A DNA stretch of 62,932 nucleotides, the filler included, from Octopus bimaculoides (Eukaryota): the NCBI RefSeq assembly GCF_001194135.2. It is 4 parts of 3 records of this genome, joined end to end, with 100 filler letters (N's around TTAATTAATTAA, not from the genome) between each part and the next. Parts side by side here need not be neighbours in the genome. Positions count along the whole stretch, not along the records: positions 1 to 27,463 come from NC_068981.1; 3 more parts are not named here. One strand, written 5' to 3'. Below, piece by piece: positions 1 to 10,236 of this stretch (the first letter of the stretch is position 1; each line of letters begins with the position of its first letter). The position numbers and the translations under genes are program-made. Below the pieces are notes generated by a model. The model was not told where the DNA came from. It did no database searches and saw only the letters and a list, made by a program, of their open reading frames with translations.

Positions 1-58
<58 letters not shown>
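1..58. repeat. (CA)n microsatellite
   Basis: Pure CA dinucleotide run at the window start. Confidence 0.98.
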
Positions 59-59
<1 letters not shown>

Positions 60-282
60 GTAACAGTGAAGTAAATGATGATTTCAAAGTAATTTACAAT
101 ATTTCTCGGCACAAATTAATGTGGCAGATTTCTACAATAAGTAAAAGGATACAAATTGTTACGAGGTAGGTACATTTTATTAAATTACGCTGAATGAAAA
201 CGAACCGGACTAAACACTTAACAGCATTTTACTAACAACTCTGCTTAGCCACCACACTTTATAATAACTTCTGAAGTAAGTA

Positions 283-1712
283 GAAGGACAGGAATTTGGA
301 GGTAGGGGACAGTCGATAACATCGATCCCAGAATTTGACTGGAACTTTATTGTACCAATCCCAGAATTGTTAAAGGCAAAGTTGATTTCGGCAGTATTTG
401 AACTCGGAACGTAATTTTTCGGAACCAAATACAACAATGTAGTTTATCCGATACTCAGACAATGATCTCGACCCACTGCCTCAGTAATAATTCTTTCTGC
501 TGTAGGCACAAGGCCTGAAATTTTAGGGCAAGGGCTTGTCCATTACATTGACCCCCAATGCTCAACTGGTACTTATTTCATCAATCCCGAAAGGGATGAA
601 AAGCACAGTCTCAGCAGAATTTGAACTTAGAATTTAAATGCCGGAAGAAATGCCGCTAAGCATTTTGCCCGACGTGCTAACGCTTCTGCCAGCTCACCGC
701 CTTCTCTATCTCAGTAAGAAAGGCTTTCACATTTTAGCACAATGCCAGTAGTTTTTAAGGGGATAAAGAAACCGATTACATCGACCCTAGTGAGCTATTT
801 CATCGACCCCGAAGCAATGAAAAACATAGCCGACCTTGGCAGAATTTGAATTTAAAAATGCCGCTAAGCGTTTGGCCTTGCATGCTAACGATTCTGCCAG
901 TCTTTGCTTCAATACTAATAATCGCTTCTATTATAGGCACAAGGTCTGAAATTTTCTGGGAGAGGGTCTAAGACGATTAAATTGACTCCAATGCTCAACT
1001 GGTACTTAACTCATTGACTCCGAAAGGATGAAAGGTGAAGTAGACCTCGACAGAATTTTAGCTCAGAACGTAAAGACAGACGGAGTTCCGCTAAACATTT
1101 TGCCCGGCGTACTAACGATTCTGCCAGCTCGCTGCCTTGAATCTTGGTACTAATAATCTTTTATACTAAAGGCACAAGGCCTGGAATTTGTGGGGATGGG
1201 GGATAATCAATCACATCGACCTCAGTACTTGACTGGTACTTAATTTATCGACCTCGAAAGAATGAAAGGTAAAGTCGACCTCGGCGGAATTTGAACTCAG
1301 AACGCAGAGACAGACGAAATGCTGCTAAGCATTTCGCCCGACGTGCTAACGATTCGAATTTCTTTATTGCCCACAAGGGGCTAAACATAGAGGGGACAAA
1401 CAAGGACAGATAAAGATATTGAGTCGATTACATCGATTCCAGTGCTTATCGACCCCGAAAAGATGAAAGGCAAAGTCGACCTCGGCGGAATTTGAATACA
1501 GAACGTAACAGCAGACGAAATACCGCTAAGCATTTCGCCTGGAGTGCTAACGATTCTGCCAGCTCGCCGCCTTAAACCACGGTACAAATAATCCTTTCTA
1601 CTATAAGCACAAGGCCTGAAATTTGGGAGAGGGGAATAGTCGATTACATCGATCCTAGTACTTAACTGGTATTTAATTTATCGACCCCGAAAGGATGAAA
1701 GGTAAAGTCGAC
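283..1712 (-). mobile_element. Head-to-tail cluster of about 7 family-A tRNA-derived SINE copies
   Basis: Repeated units whose minus strand reads GGCGGCGAGCTGGCAGAATCGTTAGCAC (A-box-like), GAGTTCAAATTCC (B-box-like), GTCGACTTTGCCTTTCATCCTTTCGGGGTCGAT and a tail ending GGCCTTGTGCCTA(T/G)AGTAGAAA. The last copy is cut by the gap at 1713. Confidence 0.9.
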
Positions 1713-1722
1713 NNNNNNNNNN

Positions 1723-1765
<43 letters not shown>

Positions 1766-1767
<2 letters not shown>

Positions 1768-2017
1768 ATCTCATACCGTGGATATTTGCTACGTGACGTG
1801 TCAAATATGACCTGGATATTTGTTACTGATGAAGCTAACAGGCAGAAATCCGGATCTAGCAATTTCATCACCAATGCAGAGAGTCTATAATAGATACTTT
1901 CTCAAGATGAATACTGCAGTTTAGAAGGCTTTCAACATATATACACTTTCAGTAAATATACAAATCGCTAACTTTGAACTAATAGTGCTTTCAGCAAATA
2001 TCCACGATATGAGGTGC
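1766..2017. mobile_element. About 250-bp element with terminal inverted repeats (MITE-like) containing a hammerhead-like motif
   Basis: CTCATACCGTGGATATTTGCT (1770-1790) matches the reverse complement of 1993-2013 at 20/21 positions, and the match extends imperfectly by 4 more bp. Confidence 0.6.
1820..1862 (+). ncRNA. Candidate minimal type I hammerhead ribozyme with non-canonical stem II closure
   Basis: UUGUUA-CUGAUGA-A-GCU-AACA-GGC-A-GAAA-UCCGGA-UC|UAGCAA: 6-bp stem I, both core boxes intact, palindromic helix III AUCCGGAU, AUC cleavage triplet. Extra A residues flank the 3-bp stem II. Confidence 0.5.
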
Positions 2018-2022
2018 TTAAA

Positions 2023-2362
2023 GGCGCAGGAGTGGCTATGTGGTAAGTAGCTTGCTTACCAACCACATGGTTCCGGGTTCAGTCCCACTGCGTGGCACCT
2101 TGGGCAAGTGTCTTCTACTATAGCCTCGGGCCGACCAAAGCTTTGTGAGTGGATTTGGTAGACGGAAACTGAAAGAAGCTCGTCGTATATATGTATATAT
2201 ATGTATATATATGTATGTATGTGTGTGTATATGTTTGTGTGTCTGTGTTTGTCCCCCCCCCAACACCGCTTGACAACCGATGGTGGTGTGTTTACGTCCC
2301 CGTAACTTAGCGGCTTGGCAAAAGAGACCAATAGAATAAGTACTAGGCTTACAAAAAGTCCT
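2023..2362 (+). mobile_element. Family-B tRNA-derived SINE (head, internal TA/TG microsatellite, tail), cut by gap
   Basis: GGCGCAGGAGTGGCTATGTGGTAAGTAGCTTGC...GGTTCAGTCCCAC (A/B-box-like), GGCACCTTGGGCAAGTGTC, then microsatellite and the GTAACTTAGCGG...AATAAGTACTAGGCTTAC tail. Near-identical to 50270-50595. Confidence 0.92.
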
Positions 2363-3004
2363 NNNNNNNNNNNNNNNNNNNNNNNNNNNNNNNNNNNNNN
2401 NNNNNNNNNNNNNNNNNNNNNNNNNNNNNNNNNNNNNNNNNNNNNNNNNNNNNNNNNNNNNNNNNNNNNNNNNNNNNNNNNNNNNNNNNNNNNNNNNNNN
2501 NNNNNNNNNNNNNNNNNNNNNNNNNNNNNNNNNNNNNNNNNNNNNNNNNNNNNNNNNNNNNNNNNNNNNNNNNNNNNNNNNNNNNNNNNNNNNNNNNNNN
2601 NNNNNNNNNNNNNNNNNNNNNNNNNNNNNNNNNNNNNNNNNNNNNNNNNNNNNNNNNNNNNNNNNNNNNNNNNNNNNNNNNNNNNNNNNNNNNNNNNNNN
2701 NNNNNNNNNNNNNNNNNNNNNNNNNNNNNNNNNNNNNNNNNNNNNNNNNNNNNNNNNNNNNNNNNNNNNNNNNNNNNNNNNNNNNNNNNNNNNNNNNNNN
2801 NNNNNNNNNNNNNNNNNNNNNNNNNNNNNNNNNNNNNNNNNNNNNNNNNNNNNNNNNNNNNNNNNNNNNNNNNNNNNNNNNNNNNNNNNNNNNNNNNNNN
2901 NNNNNNNNNNNNNNNNNNNNNNNNNNNNNNNNNNNNNNNNNNNNNNNNNNNNNNNNNNNNNNNNNNNNNNNNNNNNNNNNNNNNNNNNNNNNNNNNNNNN
3001 NNNN

Positions 3005-3052
<48 letters not shown>

Positions 3053-3294
3053 TAACAAAAGAGAAAAATTGGAATCTTTTTGGTATTATTTATTGAGCAT
3101 TCACGTGTTTCATTTGCTAATAGGAATTACAAAGTTTTATCTGTTAGATAGACATATGAGGAATACGATTTCAATACGTATTTTGACTAATATACAGCGG
3201 CAACTGAGACTTTACATTAGATTGTCCTTATGGAATAAGCAGGTGTGTTTCAAGAGGAAATAGCTGGGATTTATTCTAACTACCTATATTACCT

Positions 3295-3590
3295 TTACCG
3301 GTCACGCTAAAGGAAGACCTATCATTAAGTGTTAGGATAAGTTGAAGCAATCACTAAACTATCTACAGCTTAACTTGACGTCTCTGGAAAGTCATTGCTA
3401 AGATCGATTTGTATAGCTTAAAATGTGTCATGACGCATCAAAACAATTTGAAAGAATTATATCCAGCAATCAGCAGACATACTTGCCCAATCTCAAGCAA
3501 AATGAAAATCATCAGTGTCCCAATTGCCACTTCATAGCAAAATCGATGCCTGGACTCAAACTACGTTTACGTATCCATCGCAGCTACTTT
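3295..3590 (+). mobile_element. Decayed 3' end of an RTE-clade LINE ORF
   Basis: Translates as GRPIIKC*DKLKQSL...LESHC*DRFV*LKMC...FE...HQCPNCHFIAKSMPGLKLRLRIH. This resembles the RTE C-terminal GRP-R-KD-LK / WE-A-DR-W pattern plus the terminal C2H2-like motif. In-frame stops present. Confidence 0.62.
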
Positions 3591-4613
3591 TGTTCTTTTA
3601 CTCCTAAAAGTTGTTTTCTCTTTCGCACTTCTTTTCTTTTTATCCATAAATCCTCTCCTTCAAACACGCATACGTCGAAATCGACAGGAGTGACCATATA
3701 TATATATATATATANNNNNNNNNNNNNNNNNNNNNNNNNNNNNNNNNNNNNNNNNNNNNNNNNNNNNNNNNNNNNNNNNNNNNNNNNNNNNNNNNNNNNN
3801 NNNNNNNNNNNNNNNNNNNNNNNNNNNNNNNNNNNNNNNNNNNNNNNNNNNNNNNNNNNNNNNNNNNNNNNNNNNNNNNNNNNNNNNNNNNNNNNNNNNN
3901 NNNNNNNNNNNNNNNNNNNNNNNNNNNNNNNNNNNNNNNNNNNNNNNNNNNNNNNNNNNNNNNNNNNNNNNNNNNNNNNNNNNNNNNNNNNNNNNNNNNN
4001 NNNNNNNNNNNNNNNNNNNNNNNNNNNNNNNNNNNNNNNNNNNNNNNNNNNNNNNNNNNNNNNNNNNNNNNNNNNNNNNNNNNNNNNNNNNNNNNNNNNN
4101 NNNNNNNNNNNNNNNNNNNNNNNNNNNNNNNNNNNNNNNNNNNNNNNNNNNNNNNNNNNNNNNNNNNNNNNNNNNNNNNNNNNNNNNNNNNNNNNNNNNN
4201 NNNNNNNNNNNNNNNNNNNNNNNNNNNNNNNNNNNNNNNNNNNNNNNNNNNNNNNNNNNNNNNNNNNNNNNNNNNNNNNNNNNNNNNNNNNNNNNNNNNN
4301 NNNNNNNNNNNNNNNNNNNNNNNNNNNNNNNNNNNNNNNNNNNNNNNNNNNNNNNNNNNNNNNNNNNNNNNNNNNNNNNNNNNNNNNNNNNNNNNNNNNN
4401 NNNNNNNNNNNNNNNNNNNNNNNNNNNNNNNNNNNNNNNNNNNNNNNNNNNNNNNNNNNNNNNNNNNNNNNNNNNNNNNNNNNNNNNNNNNNNNNNNNNN
4501 NNNNNNNNNNNNNNNNNNNNNNNNNNNNNNNNNNNNNNNNNNNNNNNNNNNNNNNNAACATAAAGAACGACCCTTCATCAGTTGTTGGCTGCTTTTCTAC
4601 TCTTGTATTTCAA

Positions 4614-4650
<37 letters not shown>

Positions 4651-5958
4651 AATGTTTATAATTATGAATAAATCGCAATTATAACGGAGAGGGTTGCAAA
4701 AACCCCTATATGTTTAGAAATAGCAGCCAAAAGCCACTATAAAGCCTATATTATCACTCACATTTCATCTCACAATAAAACTGTCTTCGAGCGACATGAC
4801 ATATAAAAGGTTAATTCTCTGTTGCAATTTATATACCGTATATTTTATACCGTATCGTAAAATAACGGATATAGACAATATAACAGTTCCATTCTTCTCA
4901 CTAGGAGAATATTCGTATAGATACAAATTGATAAAAGACCATACCTTGGGGCTTACATGTATCCCGACCGACAAGAATAATGTGTCAACCTCTATCTATA
5001 CATTCAAATTCTGAATTCCAACGTCATGCACAGCGTTTATGAGAAAAGACCGGTAAATCGAGCCACAGCAAAATACCAGAATTGAGTGAGAAAATTAAAT
5101 AATTAAAAAGGAATGTAAAAATGCATGTAAGCTCCAAGGCATGATTTTGTATCAGTTTGTATCTATAGGAATATTGTTCTGATGAGAAGAATGGAACTGT
5201 TATATTGTTTATATCTGTTATTTTACGATACGGTACATATCATAGGTTTTTAACTTCGCAATTGCAATAGAGAAGTAGTGGGAAAAGTGTAGCAAAAGAT
5301 ATTGAAGTAGCAGATGAAATAGGCATGTGGACAACATCAAAGTAAAACAATGGGAAAGCATCGGATTGTGGTTTAAATAATTTATTTAATCGACACTTGC
5401 ATTTACTTGTTGTATTCACCAAAACATTCACTACATAACGTTACTAACTTACTTCGAGTTGGTTAAGAAGAAAATAAACAGGGGAAATACTGTGTCGATA
5501 TAATGAATTAGAATTGGACATGTTTTGTGTCTGTGTGTGCGTTGGTCATTCGGTGGTGTCTGTTTAATGTTCTGTGACTGCTACTGTGTTGTGTCGTTCA
5601 TGCTGAATATGTGGTTCTATTCTGGCTGCTTGACTGGCGCAAGTTACTTGCTGGCTGCCTGCTTGGTGATGGCCCTCTCTGCTTCTGTCGTATGTCTAAC
5701 TATTTATAATGGTCATGACAGCTAGAAGGACAGACACACCACAGGAGTAATTTCTACCTACGTAGGTCGCCTCCTGTCCACTTGAACCTTAAATGACAAG
5801 GTTCAGGTCGTAGGTCGAAGGGAAATCCAATCATCACTTTTTGACAGGACAAAGAAATTTCATTCGAGCCTGTTCGTGGATCAGACGAGTGAAAATCCTT
5901 AGATTCGGTTTCGAATCTCAGTTCGGAAAAAGGAAGTGTTAGTTTTTACACTACCCCA

Positions 5959-6024
5959 ATTCTAGTGAGAAAGCCACAGAGATTCTAGTGAAAAAGCCAC
6001 AGAGATTCTAGTGAGAAAGCCACA
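5959..6024. repeat. 23-bp tandem repeat, about 2.9 copies (ATTCTAGTGAGAAAGCCACAGAG)
   Basis: Units at 5959-5981, 5982-6004 (one substitution) and 6005-6024 (partial). Confidence 0.95.
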
Positions 6025-6889
6025 ATATCACACGATACAGATGCGTGTGATATAGAAAATGTGTGATTTTGTATGCAATGCAGAAAAATAGATACAGTTT
6101 AATTTACAGACAAATGAATACATGTCAAAAACATGGGAAGTGAAAGAAATGGAAAATAAAAAAATGTAAAGCAAAAAATCGACGTTCAGAGTTGGTGTGT
6201 GCAATATGTTAGGCAACGTGTATATGCCTAGACAGAGGCATAAATGTAATATGCTAGCGCGTTGAAAGAGATATGTAACTCTATTGATTACGCGAGCCAC
6301 TAGAGGTCTACTACAGGTAAGTTGTCTTTCAGTGGCGCGGAGAGCAAGTGATAGCACACGTTAAAATATGAGTGGTGCAAGTGTGTGTAAGCATATAGGT
6401 GTGATGTAGAGAGCAAAACATTTTTAAAACCAAGCAAAACATATGTACATGCAAGGAAATCTAATTTTACAGAAAAATGCAAATGTTCATGGATAAAAAG
6501 TTCGTTTGGTGAGATGGTCAGTCAGTTCAATTAGCAGAACAATGTTCATAAAAAATGTTTTTCGTTGATATAGAAAAATGTTTTTTTTATATATACAAAA
6601 TGTTCTTTATTTTCTTTTGGTTTGTATGCGGGTGATGCAAACTTACTTGTGTTATGTATGTGTAAATTGTTCATAATCATAAGAAAAAAAAGAAAACAAT
6701 TTGTTTTTAGTTGTTGATGTGGGCATTGTGGACATTTTAATTGAGAAGACGGGTGGTGAAGAGTTTGTACTTACTCGAAAGACTTGAACAACTCTTGTGG
6801 GCCATCGAACTGTTCTTCCCTATTTGGTGTGCCGGAGTTGTGCAGAATCTGAGATGTTTGTGATGGGTGAAGCTGAAGTTGTTGAGTCC

Positions 6890-7197
6890 GTTTGAGGAAC
6901 GGCGGGAACTGAAAGCCTTGTGAGTGGATTTGATAGATGGAAACTGAAAGAAGCCCGTCATATATATGTATATATATTTATGGGTCTGTCTTTGTGTTTG
7001 TGCTTGTCTCTCACCAACGCTTGACAGTCAATGTCGGTGTGTTTATGTCCCCGAAACTAAGCGGTTCGGCAAAAAGAGACCCATAGAATAAGTACTAGGC
7101 TTACAAAGAATAAGTCCTGGGATCGATTTCTTCGACTAAAGACGGTGCTCCAGCATGGCCGCAGTCAAATGACTGAAACAAGTAAAAGAATAAAAGA

Positions 7198-7198
<1 letters not shown>
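6890..7198 (+). mobile_element. Family-B SINE, 5'-truncated, with complete tail
   Basis: AAAGCCTTGTGAGTGGATTTG...GAAAGAAGCCCGTC, microsatellite, then tail ending GGCGGTGCTCCAGCATGGCCGCAGTC-like...AAAAGAATAAAAGAATA. Confidence 0.9.
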
Positions 7199-7228
<30 letters not shown>

Positions 7229-8476
7229 TCACACACACATTCGCGCACACATGCGTGCATACACACACGCGCGCGCGCATACAGAGATGTAGTTTGCTTA
7301 ATTTGTTTTATTTGGGCCGTAGCGCTATTCATAAATAATAAATCACTCCAAAATACATTATGCATTCTTGAAATAACTATGTAGATAACGTGTTCATAAT
7401 TTTAAAAAGAAGTTCAAATAATTCATATTTCATATAATAGTCTTGATAAATGGATGCATTAAAATAGTTATTACATATATGATTACTTGTTATATTTCTT
7501 TAACGGAAAACATCACAACGGCACCGCCTTCGTTTATCATACAACTTGTTGATAAATATTTGAAATTACAAACGGAAATAAATATAAACAAACGGACTAA
7601 ATGAGTAAGCAACTAATTAGCTAATTAACTAATTAACTAACTAACTGACTAAATAAACGAAGGAAATTACTCTCTGTACATTTTTTGCGTATTTATATAA
7701 TTCTTAACTTATTATCTTAGCACAATCCACAAGATTTAATTAAAACTTCAAACATACAAATAAATTACTTCATGTTAGAACATGAATTAATCCTTTGCAT
7801 ACAAAGCATTTTAAGTTTATCCTAAATATCCATGTTTGTTTTCAGACTTCTAGTTAGCCCTTGTTTTCACACGTCCTGAGTAATAAAAAGCTTTTCCTTT
7901 CATAAGTCTCAAGTTACTCTGGTGGTTGAAAAAATTGGAAGTCTATATCTTATATGATGCATGGACAACAGGCAAATATGTTCTGTCTATCACATGTAAT
8001 ATACGGGACAGGCAAAAGGTTGATTATTTGCAATTTAAAAATAAACATTAATGACTTGCACATTTAATTTACAGAATTTAGGTTATGTATTTCATTACAT
8101 TCTAAGAAATCATTACTTGCTGTTTATACATCAAGTAATGTAACCAAATGAACCAATGATTAATGGTGAAAATATGTTTTCATTTTAGCCTATTAAAATT
8201 ATAATGACCCATTCCAACGTACTGACACATTCAGTTCTTAAAAAAAATTTTTTGTTCTTTATTTCCGTTCCGTGCTATACTGCATATCAGTCCGACCATC
8301 ACATTTCTAGTAGCATGTTATGAGATGTTCCAAACCAGTCCCTCAATCTTTCTCCATTTGGTGGTGGTAGTTGGGGAGAGATGATGGCGTGAATTATACG
8401 TGGTGCTCCGCAAGCCATCTCATGAAACATGGAAAGGGAAGGCGAGACAAAAAATGTCAAAAAATGACAAGTATAT

Positions 8477-8612
8477 CACTGGAAACTTATTTATCGACTC
8501 CAAAAGGATGGCAAAATTGACAGCGGTAGGATTTGAACTCAGATCGAAAAGATCTGAAACAAATACCGCAAGATATTCTGCCCAATACTCGGTCAACTCT
8601 GCTAATTTACCT
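8477..8612 (-). mobile_element. Decayed family-A SINE
   Basis: ATTTATCGACTCCAAAAGGATGGCAAAATTGAC...GGATTTGAACTCAGA matches the family-A body in reverse. Confidence 0.7.
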
Positions 8613-8960
8613 CATTGTTGACCTTCAAGTAGACCTTCAGTGTAGTTCACTATAGGAGAGAAAAAGATAATAAATTGGCTTTACTGGATGTGCTAATAAC
8701 CTCGCACCGCATATGAATTTCCGATATCCGTATATAGCAAACTCACATTTCACCAGCAATAATCGAACTTTGATTCCCATCATCCGTAGAGTGTGACGAT
8801 AGGGTTCATCTGTGACCTACACATAAGCTAACAACAGCGACCTACACAAAAGCCAACAAGAAATTATCAACACAGTTCTATATTTAAGAGATGAGAAATT
8901 ATGTACATTATTTACATTATTTATATTTGACGGATATTTGTCCTTATCTTGTTTGTTGTT

Positions 8961-9006
8961 AACACAACGTTTCGGCTGATATACCTGCCAGCCTTCATCA
9001 GGTGTC
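8961..9006 (-). ncRNA. Minimal type I hammerhead ribozyme (PLE type, ACGU palindromic helix III)
   Basis: Minus strand: GACAC-CUGAUGA-A-GGCUG-GCAGGUAUAU-CAGCC-GAAACGUU|GUGUU. 5-bp stem I (one G-U), 5-bp stem II, intact core, GUU triplet. Confidence 0.8.
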
Positions 9007-9040
9007 TTGGGGAAATTTTGAAGCTGGGTTCTCATTCCTA

Positions 9041-9086
9041 GACACCTGATGAGGGCTGGAGGGTATATCAGCCGAAACTTTGTGTT
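9041..9086 (+). ncRNA. Mirror copy of the hammerhead motif with broken helix III (likely inactive)
   Basis: GACAC-CUGAUGA-G-GGCUG-GAGGGUAUAU-CAGCC-GAAACUUU-GUGUU. A G>U change removes the ACGU palindrome. Confidence 0.65.
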
Positions 9087-10031
9087 AACAACAAACAAGA
9101 TGAGGACAAATATCCGTCAAATATAAATAATGTAAATAATGTAAAGAAATTATCAAGTTTAGGAAAACTCTGCACAGTAACAACAATTCTGCAAGCATAG
9201 TATCAGCTACCAAGGTAAGAAATATGAGGGCTGAGCAGCCTCTATCAGTCTGCCTTACATAACGTGCACGTCAGGAAAAAATTCAGATCTGTGGTTCAAG
9301 CAACATCTGGACAGTGTTCAAGAGCGGTGCCCTCAAGTATATGTAAATGGTTCAAAATGTAAACAAAAATAATTCAAAATGTAAACGATAATAAACTATA
9401 AAATAAATACTTATTTTTCAAAATGAAACAAAATTCACAGTAAGATGGAAAATAATGTTTATTTTTGTATGTTTCCACTTTATTTATATTTGAAAAGTTT
9501 TTCCGTTTTTGGTTTTTTTGTTTTTTTAATTGCAAAGTGTTCGATGATATCGTTAAAATTACTTTTACGTAAACTTTTTGTTTCTATACTTGGTAGAGAT
9601 AAGCCATTATGAATATTATTTTAGCAAGTTTAAAGTGATTTCTTTCGTACCGCAAACCATTTTTATTTCTGCGGTGCCCCCGTCCCTTGATGTCCTAAGC
9701 ACGTGCTTATTTTGCTTAATGGGTTAATCCAGTGCTGCCATCAAGCCATAAGTTAAAATATTGCGATTTTGAGCCAGTGTACTCCATCTTCGGCCTTAAT
9801 TTACCTGTTACATGTTCTCTGAATGGGAGTTGAACCTTACAAACATTATATTACGGAGAAAGTATTGTGATGTTTGGACGAAGGGTGATGAATAGTCATT
9901 AATTATACATTTCACCAAACAATACAATATCTACAAACTTATGAAAATGCACTCAGTAATTCTATGAGTTTTGTCTTCGGTTAAAGTTCGTAATAAGTAT
10001 CTAAAGAAATTCACAATAGTGATAGCGTATA

Positions 10032-10236
10032 CAGTAATCCCTCGGCTATCCGGGGTGTGAACACTCCAAAACCTTCCACAGAAATAACCAAAGCCTAAAA
10101 AATATAAATATGTATTGACCACAGAAACTTGGATATATTGAGGAGTCCGCGATATAAATTTACATATATTAGCCAGAAAAATCTGCGATGTACTGAGTGC
10201 GCGATAGGTGAACCACGATATGGCAAAGGATTGCTG
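10032..10236. mobile_element. Tigger/pogo-type MITE
   Basis: Begins TA-CAGTAATCCCTCGGCTATCCGGGG and ends CCACGATATGGCAAAGGATTGCTG (imperfect inverted repeat). The right TA is mutated to AA. Confidence 0.65.

Larger units (their letters stand above)
8871..9143. mobile_element. 273-bp non-autonomous PLE-derived fold-back element with 13-bp TSD
   Basis: AAGAAATTATCAA occurs at both 8858-8870 and 9144-9156. Inverted arms 8904-9007 and 9040-9143 (104 bp each, about 5 mismatches) flank a 32-bp spacer. Confidence 0.88.
8622..9335 (+). mobile_element. Penelope-like element (PLE) reverse-transcriptase C-terminal/thumb-linker relic, interrupted at 8871-9143
   Basis: Translates as FTIGEKKDNKLALLDVLIT, SVYSKLTF, NFDSHHP*SV, then after the insert EIIKFRKTLHSNN, ISLPY, EKIQICGSSNIWTVFKSG. 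These match the PLE pattern FTxExExDxKLPFLDVLI..SVYRKPT..LNFxSHHP..LPY..VFKS. Frameshifts and stops present. Confidence 0.85.

Noticed and set aside
3652-3695. CTCCT..GTCGAAATCGACAGGAG as a hammerhead relic
   Set aside because: The CUGANGA box is unrecognisable. At most a very decayed PLE tail.
5959-6024. CRISPR-like array (also 56521-56610)
   Set aside because: Units are directly adjacent without unique spacers, and the context is eukaryotic with no cas genes.
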